From Dimorphilus gyrociliatus (lineage: Eukaryota; Animalia; Annelida): a stretch of DNA of 64,000 nt. A program made the translations under genes and the position numbers. A model generated the notes under the pieces. It did not search any database. It saw only the letters and a list, made by a program, of their open reading frames with translations, and was not told the origin of the DNA. The DNA lies in assembly GCA_904063045.1 (NCBI GenBank), contig CAJFCJ010000025.1, forward strand, positions 868,001-932,000, in the 5' to 3' direction. Of this stretch, positions 27,256 through 37,881 are shown piece by piece; position 1 is the first letter of the stretch; each line of letters begins with the position of its first letter.

Positions 27256-28710
27256 TTCGGTTGAAACTAAATGAGAAACAATTAGAAAAACCAAGAATTT
27301 ATCTAGGCTATAAAGAATGAAATTCGTTTAAATAGTTGCAGAGAGGCTAACAATGTCTCTCAAACCCAACAAGTTTATAAATGATTATTTCCTTAATGAA
27401 CATTCCTTTTATAATAGCCCTTAAACTATTTTTGACACGTATTCTGGATATACTTCATTACTCATTACATCTTCATATTACATAAACATGCAAATCTAAT
27501 AGTAATAATAAATTCATTCCTTATCCTCGAAGGCGTACAAGTTGTAAATTTTAGCTGGCGTATGTAATATTATTAATATGAATATATTACATGTATACAG
27601 TATATATTGTATATATATATACAGTATGTACATGTAATTTTGCATTAAACTTCTTTTTAATAAGAAAATCTTTGTGTTCTTTTTTACATTATTCTAATTT
27701 TCTTTATCTCTCCCTGTTCTCCTTTCCAGCATCTTTTCTATATTAGTTTTAACTATTCATTTGTTGTGTTACTTATCTTTAGATTCAATTCATTTCAAGC
27801 TTAATGTATTTACTGGAATAAATGGAATAACCTACTTTTTTAAATATATTTACTTGATTAAGTTTTAATAAAATTTAAGCTCTAGATGGCACTGTTGTCA
27901 TTATTTATTATGTCAGAATGTATTTTTTCTATCCATCCATCTATCAAACTCTCTATCTATTGAACTATCTGTTCCTCTATTTGTTAGTTTAACTAGTACC
28001 ATTCTACACGAGGCATACAGAGTTTCTCTAGCGTAGAAAAGGCAGAAGAGTGCACAAGAAGTTGCAATAATCTATAAACAGCATATGTAGTAATATATTC
28101 AATTGATACATTACTATTATATAGAAAAAGAAATCTTACAATAGCAATGTTAATTATATACATTAAAATAATATTAATATGTTTTATATAAGAAAGAGAG
28201 TTTCGCTTTTGTTTTTATTAGCATTCAGTGTTTCGTTTATAATAATATTTTGATCTTACGAAGACAATCCTGTTTTTTCTTTTCTTTGTAATTTCTCTTT
28301 TTGTTTTTTTTCATTTATAGAATATATATCTTTAGGCTTAGGATAATCAATCTTTATATCTTGCTGATTGAATATACATAAAAAAATCTCCTATACAAAT
28401 CAAGAAAATATGGATTAGGTTTGATTAAGAAGTATCATTAATTAATTTACAGATTGTTGAAAACAAATATTAATCATAAGCTACTTTTCCAAGTAGCAAT
28501 GGGCATTTGTTAAACTTCTACCAAAATGAATATGTTACATGGAAGATGCGAGAAAAAACTATCCTGGTTTCATCATAATCTTTTCTTTTGTATTTGTATA
28601 GATATAATATAGGCTAGAATAGTACAACATTCCACAATAAACATCAATAAAAATACAAGAGTTTTTTATGTTTTCTTCCTATTTTTCTTTGCAAGTATTC
28701 CCTATTCGAC

Positions 28711-29798
28711 TTAGAAGAGACTACTCTTCATCTTTCTACAAGAACTCGCAATAAATTTGCGAAAGCTAGAATTAAATATAACAAAGATGATCGGATTCCA
28801 AATTGCTGCCAAGTAGACTATTAAATAAACGAGCATTGTTTCACTTGTAAAAGCTTTCAATAAGGCTAAACAAATTGGCACGAATGAAAGTGTTGACAAA
28901 ATAGAGATTGTTACCATACACTTTACAATTTTTGCGTTTCTATTTGCAGTTTGTTGATAAGCTAAAAAGTGAAAAACGAAGGAAATTTTAACAAGAATAA
29001 TGTAGATTTCAATGTATTGTTTATGGTATAAAATCCTTTCTTACCGTTTCTTTGCGGTTCTTTATTACCTGGTTGCTGTTGGCAAGTAGTTTCAGCAGCT
29101 ATTGCTCTACCTCCATTCGTATTCGTTGTCAACTCGATTTGAATAAGATTCTGCCTCCTTTTCATAAGTTTCATTCCAATTAAAATATAAAATATACATT
29201 GTAAAACAACGCTTAATATGAAAATGGCCGCCATTATACAACTTGCAAAACAATAACCTATACAGGTTTTTCTAAACTCAATTCCAGCAGCTAGAGATAA
29301 TATAAAGAATACGACACACATTGCTAAGGACGAAAATTTCAATATTTTACCATTCTTGTTTACAGGAACATAGACGCTTATAAGACGTTCATAAGCAATT
29401 ACTCCTAAAAGTGACGGTGTAAATGTTACACTAAACATTGTTGCGCTTAGGAAAACTTTTACAAAACCTACAAATTCTATCCATAATATTTGTTTCTGGA
29501 TGACGTCATATATAACATTTCCAGTTAGTGAATTGAATATAGGTATAAAAGATATTAAGAATACGCACGATATCATATTATTCAATGAATATATTATAAA
29601 CAACATTTGTGAAACATTCATATTCCTGCGTTTTGAAATATAGAAAGCTAACATAAATGAATTACCAATTGCAGATAGTAGAAATATTATAGGTGATACT
29701 AAATAGACTGACCATAATTCGGCTTGGCTAAATATATCGGCATAGTTGGCTCTATAACTAACAATAGATGAAAATACTTTCGAATGGGATAAATTCAT
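28711..29798 (-). CDS. Divergent orphan 7TM receptor D; exons 29798-29045, 28961-28711 (334 aa)
   Basis: TM1 SAIGNS, TM3 IAYERL, TM7 WNPIIFVIFNSSFR. 83-bp phase-1 intron (GTAAG...TTTTAG). Confidence 0.85.
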
Positions 29799-31224
29799 AA
29801 TTCTATTCAGCTTTACGATATCGTTATTCTCTTCTTTCCGCTCTCTTACTCTGATTATTTATTCTTTATATGTGTCGAAATGTTAAAAAGCTTTATAAAT
29901 AAAATAAGTAAAGAGCACATTCATAACAATATACTACTGTTCTATAAAAATAGAATATTTTCCTCAGCTGCGAACTGGTTAGAAACTACTTCTCAACTGA
30001 TTTTAACACAGTTAAATACTGTATATATTTTAGTAATATAATATATATATATATTAGTGTATTAGTATATAATCCATTTATACATATGTAGTAGTAAAAA
30101 TAATTCTTCGTAACTGTAATTTGTAATCTATTAATTGTATAGAATTCAATACATCCACGAACGCTACAGTGCACTTGATAAGCTTTGCCTTATGCTACTT
30201 TGAGCGTTCTGCATTAATCTCTATTAAATCTATTTTTATTAAACAAATTAGTAACCTTAATACTAAAATGTAAATCTTTATCTTTTATTCTATAAACCTT
30301 TATAGTTAACATCAAAATGTCATGCAAAAGAAGTGCCATACTTATTATATATGGACAGAAATGTAGAAGACTTTTACTCTAAAACTTAACTATAGTAGGA
30401 TTGTGGTTATTTGGTTAAATAGAAGGGGACTTTCTATTAGTTATTACATTTATTTATGACCCTAGTATTTTCAACTTTACCTTATCCTTACAAAAAAGAA
30501 AATAAATGGATAATTAACGATGAAATGTAAACCTGGGTTTCATATTATCATAATTTTTAGCTTTTGATTAGACATGTAGAAAACTATTTATGTGTTAGGT
30601 TGTCATATTCATACAATAGAAACTGGGGTAGGGGATAGCATTAATTGAGTAGCAAATATTCCAGTTTACAATTAGGACAAAGGTACTGCAAGAAAACTTT
30701 CTTGACCAATCACTTCCCCTTTTCAAGTGGAAATGAATATTAAATAACTTTTCATGTTTATATTTATTTTCTACACCTAAATTCTACGGCTATATAAATA
30801 ATATTTAATTGCGCGAAATTCTATAAGGTTGTTGACTATGAATTACTTTAATAGTTGGGGAGACTTTTTCTTATAGTTTTTCTCTTTGAAAAACAGCACG
30901 ACGTTACTTAGTACTGTATGCAATTTTTTCCAATTTTTTTTCCTTATTATTCTCTCTCTCTTTCTCCATTTTCGTTACATATCTCCCTCCATCCATCCCT
31001 CCCTTTCTCTCCTAGCGTTTCTTTTACTCTCTCCTCTCAGCCATTACCCTTTTTTATGCTTTTATTCTCCCTCACTATGAGTGTGTGTGTGTGTCTGTTA
31101 GTCTTTTTTATTGTCTGTTTGTCTTTTCGTTTTTCTTCCCTTTCACTTCCCTATGAAACTCTTTTCTTTGATAAGTATTACTAAATAGTATCATTTCTAA
31201 ATCTACAAGTAAAACAATTTTTAT

Positions 31225-32283
31225 TCAAGAACTATTAATTCTATTAGTCCTTTTGAAACACCTGCAAGTGAACAAATGACCGAATAAAAGCTCCAAAAAT
31301 AATCTAAATTTACAATCGAACATAAAGAGAAGAATCGGATTCCAGATGGCATTAAAAAAAATTATCATGAATAAGAGGAAGGATTCAATTTTAAATAATT
31401 TCAATAGAACCAGACAAATTGGTGTATAAGATATTGTTGTTACTATGAACGTTGATATTAAACATTTAACCACTCGAAAGTTTCTGGCAGAACTCTGAAC
31501 TGTTAAAAAGAGATGAGTAAATATTAGGAAAAGAGTTAATTATTTATTGATTTCTTTACCGTTATTATTTTGATTATTGACATTATTAATGGTTCTTCCA
31601 TCCAAACTCTTAGGTACCGATCTTCTACTCTTTATTCTCTTTATCAACATAATTGCTATTGTAATATAGAATACTATTTGACAAAATGTACTTAATAAGT
31701 ACGTTGTAGAAAGACTAATATTTGAAAAGCAAAGTCCTGAACAGTTTTTACTTGCGTAGATGCTATTCGTTGCCGAAAAAATAATAGATATACAAATAGC
31801 CGAAATGCTAAACCATTTGAAAAACTTTTGCCTTTGGCAAAAAAGCTTATAAATAATAACAAAACGATTGAAGGCTATTAAGCTTAGAAGGCATGCTGTT
31901 GACATAAGAAAAAATAACGAAAAGCATACATATACATTCACTGTAAGAGGAAGCTGAAAGCCTACTATCCTCTTTGGATTTAATTTAATCATCACTTCTA
32001 CAACTGAGTATCTAACTACTAAAGGTACAAAAGCTAAAAAAACTGATACAATAGTATTCAAAAATGAATAGATTAACATCAAAGCATAACATAATTTAGC
32101 AGAGCTGTATTTTTTTTCATAATAAATTATTACTAGAACATTACCAATTATTCCAGCAGTACCAGCGAACGGGGCAAGACAATTAAGAACCAATCTCTCA
32201 CTAAGATTAAACATTTCGATGAATGGTACTTCAGTTGCTATTAATGATGGAGCAGCTATTGGATTAATGTTTGTAATTAGCAT
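31225..32283 (-). CDS. Divergent orphan 7TM receptor E; exons 32283-31560, 31499-31225 (332 aa)
   Basis: First ATG at 32283 (MLITNIN). TM1 GIIGNV, TM3 IAFNRF, TM7 WNPILLFMFDCKFR. 60-bp phase-1 intron (GTAAA...AACAG). Confidence 0.85.
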
Positions 32284-33778
32284 CTTGAAAAATCTTCTTT
32301 GAATTACCAATAACAATAGGTTTATGAGAAAAAGAGTGGCGGAGGTAGAGAGAGCTAGAGAGTTAGAGAGAGAGACAGAGAGAATGTGTGTCTATGCGTA
32401 AGCTATACTCACTAAAGGATATAACATCAAAGCTTTCTCAGCAAGATGATAGGACTTTTATCCAAGCTTAGGGAATAAGAGTTAAGAATTGCTATCTATA
32501 GATTAGTAAATCGAGGAATAAACTGTTTTTAATGATTGTTTACTCAAACACTTTAAATAAATATTATATATCTCCAATAGTAGTACCTTTATGCGTTCAA
32601 CGTTAACAGATGAGACTGCTAAGAGAGAGTATAATTTCGGAAAAAAAAGATAAAATAATGATTTATCGCTCTAAATGTTTTAATATTATGCAATACGTGC
32701 CGTCAAGACTTTTCTTAAACTTTATTTTAAATAAATATTCTACTTGAAATAATTTTCCATGACTGTTTCTTTAGATATCGTAATTATTATTTCTCTCTCT
32801 CTCTCTCTCTCTCTCTGTATCTCTCTTTTTTCACTTCTCCTAAATAACAAATATATATTTACCTATAAAACGGAAATGAGGACAAACAGAAAATTAGAAC
32901 CTTGCAGTACTCCTAGTACTTTGTTCATCTTCTTACTTAATAAGTTATCACTACTTTTCTATCTTCCCTCAAGAGAAGAAATGTCACCTTCAAATTATTT
33001 AAATATTTATCTATTACACTTGAAAGTAGCTATGTCAGCAAACTTCTAAATAATAAATAAAGATTCAGATAGATATTATTTAATACAGACAGCTTCTATT
33101 GGACTAGTTAGAAAATGAGGACATGAACCTTGATGAAGTGTAAAAACTATTAGCCTAAGTTGACTAGGTTTTCCTTTCTTTTGGCTTAAACTAACGAAAC
33201 CCTAGCCCTTATGGGCGTTTACAACAACTTTTAGTTAATATTTCATGATTTAAGGAAGAATTAGGAAAACTGTTTCGATTCGATTTCATCTCTAATCTAT
33301 CCCTGATCCTCTGTTATTCCTCTTTATACAATCGGCTATGCTTCGTCTATAAACTATCAAGCGTATAAATAAAATTAATAACTAGTAATTATATTAATTT
33401 AATAACTGCTTATTTGTCAGTCTAGTAAGCGGATAAGATAAATGAAGCTTACTTATATTGTTGATAGTAAGGATGAAATAGTCCAATGGTTCTCTTAGAT
33501 AGAACGCATATATTAAATTACATTTTTCACAAGGAAATCAACTTTTAAAAGTCCCGATATCAACAAAATGAAGACATAACAAAATTGTATCATTTCAAAA
33601 TCGTTTTTCCTCAATTAATCAATATTTCTTATCTTATTTTTTTAGATAAAAAGAATGCGGAAACTTTAAGCTACTATACATTTTTAAATATTATAAAAAT
33701 AGATATGGAAATACGAAACAAGTTCAACGTACTCTAATAGAATATATAATTATCTATTTAAAAGTAGTTGTAACCCTG

Positions 33779-33788
33779 CCGCCATCTT
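33779..33788 (+). promoter_or_regulatory. YY1 consensus site
   Basis: CCGCCATCTT matches CCGCCATNTT exactly, between receptor E and the moody-like gene. Motif match only. Confidence 0.3.
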
Positions 33789-35060
33789 TTGGAGAAATTT
33801 TATTAATAATTAAAAGAGCTTAAAGTTTGTCATAAAGTTGGGAATATTAAATTTTGACTAAAAGGCAAATATCCTTTCTATATTCGAATAAAGCTTGTTT
33901 TAATGGCAGATATATAAATTAATAAGAAGTAATTCATGAATAATAAATACTACGGTATATTCGTCTAATTTAGGCAACTTTAACGAGCGTTTATATTTAG
34001 GTCAATAGAAGAAGGAAGAAAAAATAGCGAAAAAAACTTCTATATGTATACACAAATGTCTTAACCTTGAAATGTAGGACAGTTATATTTACTTAATAGT
34101 TTTGTATAACTGATTTATAGGCTAGATTTGAGACTATTAGATATTACTATGAAGCCCATCCAACCATTTTATTTCTCTTGGTTTTTTTTTATCTATCCAG
34201 TTTCAGCTAAATCTATATAAGTAAGAACTATTAGGATTTTTAAATAAGGGGACACGATTATAATCTATATATAAGATATAGCATGCAAAATGAATAAATT
34301 AAAAAAAATAACAGTGTAGAAGAATTAATATAGAAACTAATAAAATTCAACTAGCATATCTCGGTTAATTAACTGTAATAAATATATATCCTTCTTTAGT
34401 AGTAATCTTTAGAGAGAGAGAGAGAGTGTGTGGAATGGATAAAAAAAATAACATATTTGTTCTTTACGGTATTTTAACAAATCTCTTCTTATATGTTCGA
34501 TCATTCTCTATTCATGGTTTGTCAGTCCATGCATCGTACAAACTGACCAAACATCTTTTACAAACCATGAAAAATTTTAATTGCAATTATTCATTCCATC
34601 ATAGTTCATAAAAGTATATTTAATTAGTAGTTTCGAAGATATATCTAGGTTCATTTCCCAACCAAACTATCAAGGTCGTAGCAAATATAAATGTGTAGGA
34701 AACTCAAATAGAACTTATGGAGTTTTCCTGGAAATTCACTCCATTCTCACACATAAATCCAATGGTATGAAGAGATAGATAGAGAGAGAGAGAAAGAGAG
34801 CAAACTGTATAAAGGTTGTTGTCTTAAGAGAAAGAGAATTTTCATGAAATTTTCTTAAAAAATTAAAGACAATATTGTAAATATTAAAGATCGTTTGTCT
34901 TTATTTTCTGCATTACTGAAAACCCCTTTTTACGTTCATTTTAGAGAATCGTTCGTATTAATTCCTTTCTTTTCTCTTCGTTAGACTTTAATACAACCTT
35001 TTCTTTCTTTCTTTTCTATTATAAAATAGTTTTAATAATTGTTATTTAGTTTCTGGAAAA

Positions 35061-35210
35061 TGACGTCATTATTGAACTACGTGATGTTTATAGTGAACCT
35101 TTAACCCCAAACTCAAAGAAAATGCAAACTATGTAGATTAATGACCAGGCAGAAAGGCAACAACTGGTAGAACAAAATTCAAATGACGTCACAGATGGTT
35201 ACATAAATAA
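35061..35210 (+). promoter_or_regulatory. Candidate proximal promoter of the moody-like GPCR: two perfect CRE palindromes plus a TATA-like element
   Basis: TGACGTCA at 35061-35068 and 35184-35191, and ATAAATAA at 35203-35210, 50-200 bp upstream of ATG 35259. Confidence 0.5.
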
Positions 35211-35258
35211 GCTGGCGAGACAGAGAAGCTTCAGAGGAGTTTAGGCGTTCTATTTATC

Positions 35259-37315
35259 ATGACAGAAGCGGCATCAGACGACTCAAAGAATTATATTTAT
35301 ATATGTGTCAGCGTATTAATAATATGTATAATAATTATTGTAGGATTAATTGGTAAGTTAAGAATTAGTTAAGTAATTAATTTTTATTAATATTCTATCA
35401 TAATTTTATTATTAAATATTTAAAAAATGGAAGAAATATACTTAATTATTTTAATATATAGGCTTATAATACTTATAAACTGTTTATTACAGTATTTATT
35501 AACTAAATATTTTCTCTTTTTCCTCTTTCTTCGGCTTCTTCTTCTTCTTCTTCTTTGACTTTTAAAATAGGAAACATTCTGGTTATAATTGTTATTCAAA
35601 AAATGAAGAGAAAACTACAAACCTCCTGCAATTATTTGATTATGAACTTGTCAGTTTGTGATTTACTTTTCGTATCAATAGTTTTACCATTTTCGGCTTA
35701 TACTTACATAATTCAACATTGGAATTTATCATGGGTACTTTGTCAATTCTTAGGCTTTTTTAGCTATATGCTTACAGGTAAGAGAATTTTTAATAAATTA
35801 AATAACGTAATTAATTGAGTTATATATACATATATCCTAAATATGTTCATATATACTGTATATAATATATATAATTTATATAAATATATATATATAACTC
35901 AAGGTGACTAACGACCTTGAATGCCCCATGTCAAATTAGTGAAAACTCAAAAGTTTATTTAATGTAACTGTAAACGTCACGTAGAGATTTGGAACACCAT
36001 AACAGAGGAGAACGGAAAGAATATCCATTTTCTTTACACAAACTAAGCTTTTGTAACGGAATAGCTTTCCAATAATTTTTTTATGTAAATTAAAGTTTCC
36101 AAATTGGTTTACAGTTTACTGTATAACTATAAATATTCAACCTTGATTTCTATGCATAAATAAGATAAGTAGCTATGTATGTATATGTTACTACTTTCAT
36201 TTCATCCTCCGTTATACCCTATATGAAATAATTTATTAATCATTTACTTAATCAAGGTCGTTAGAAGCACGTATTTCCCGAGTTGATCGCCTTTAATTAA
36301 GCTCTTTTATACAAAATTTCAAGTATAAAGGAGACCATCAAAGGACTCTCTCTTTTAATATTGTCTTAACCTTTCATAGATTTTTAATATATGTATAAAA
36401 AATGAAATACGTTCCAAGATATTAATCTCCTCTCTTTTCTCTCTCGCTCACTCTCTTCTACTTCTTCTTCTTCGATCTTTAGGTACAACGTTAATCAACA
36501 TAACGCTTATTGCCTGGACTAGATATAATTTGGTAACATGTCAGAAAATAATATTACCGAAGACCGGCTGGAAAATTCGATTGGCTATTGCTTCTTCTTG
36601 GGTGTTACCCGCTTTATGCCTACTTCCCCCTTTAACGAGAGTTTGGGGGCGATTTGATTACGTTCCTATTTTGGTTACTTGTAATCTACTATTGGATAAG
36701 GATTCGAAATCTTTTAAATTAGTTCTTTTAGTAACCAGAGCAGTTATACCGAGTATTCTCTGTGCCATTTGTTATACTTCAATCTACAAAACAACACTAA
36801 AGTAACAATAAACTTAATTTATTTCAAAATAGATACAAAACAAATATTAAGGCCTATCTAAATGATTCTAGGTTGTTTAAATATATTTTATCATTCTCCT
36901 TGTATACTTTCAAAATAATTAGTCTGGAGACAATACTTTAATTAATTGGTTCATTAGTCTTAATTAAGTTTATTATTACTACCGAAGAGCTAAATTTACA
37001 ATGATAAAAAAAGATGGAAGAAGATCGGATAAGAGGGAAATATATCTAACTAGAATGACTGGAGCAATTTTTGCCGTTTTTACTATTTCGTATTTCCCTT
37101 GTACAATTACAAGCGCAATCGACTGGCAAAAACCTCTCAGTAAACATTTTCACATGTTTTGCGCCTTAACGGTCTACATAGGAAGTGCTATTAACCCTAT
37201 TTTATATGGTCTACTCAATCCAACGTTTAAGAGGGCTTACAAGAATTTGTTGCGGAAGAATTATGGTTTGACAGAAACTAAAACAGATAAAGCACCACTA
37301 ACAGATAGGTGGTGA
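35259..37315 (+). CDS. Class A GPCR of the moody/Tre1/GPR84 (melatonin-receptor-like) group; exons 35259-35352, 35571-35777, 36483-36801, 36988-37315 (315 aa)
   Basis: TM1 GLIGNILV, TM2 NLSVCDLLF, TM3 IAWTRY, ECL2 WGRFDY...VTC, ICL3/TM6 REIYLTRMTGAIFAVFTISYFP, TM7 SAINPILYGLLNPTFKRAY, which resemble moody/Tre1 signatures. The last acceptor (AAG at 36985-36987) is the only phase-2-compatible one I found and is weak. Confidence 0.82.
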
Positions 37316-37881
37316 TTGTCTTTATTGATTGTAAGACTATCAGAACAAATGGACACAATTTCGCACCAAGACACGCACATGTACATGTATAAATTATATT
37401 TTATATGGCGCAGAACTATATCTCTTCTATCTAGATAAAAAGTTCATTCTTGAACGCTTAAAACATTCTAATTTCTGGGAAAATTCCTATAGAGTTTCTT
37501 ACTAAAAATACTGTAAAATATTTGTACAATTAATGAGACTTTCTTGAAAAGTAACCGTATTGAATATTAGGGTTTTACTTGAAATACATCATTATTATAA
37601 TTGATTGAATTAATTAATTTATTCATTCATTTGTTATTTATTTATATCATTGTCATTTTCGTATATATAATTCTTTCTTTCTGCTCTTTTTTTCTTTTTA
37701 ATTCGTTATGGAATACATACATCATTATTCAATTAATTATTAGAAAGCAAATGGGAAAGAAGCATGTCAATACGTCATAATAAACTTATTTACACGAAAT
37801 AATGTCATTCATTAGTCTTCTTTAACTCTTTTATATATATATACAGATATATATATATATATTCTTCTCATTCTTCTTCCT

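Noticed and set aside
34515-34556. Imperfect hairpin considered as a pre-miRNA
   Set aside because: The stem is only about 19 bp with three mismatches and a 3-nt loop, too short, and I recognise no known mature miRNA.
36833-36871. Extra small exon in the moody-like gene
   Set aside because: It would need a 31-bp upstream intron, shorter than any other here, and the protein is complete without it.
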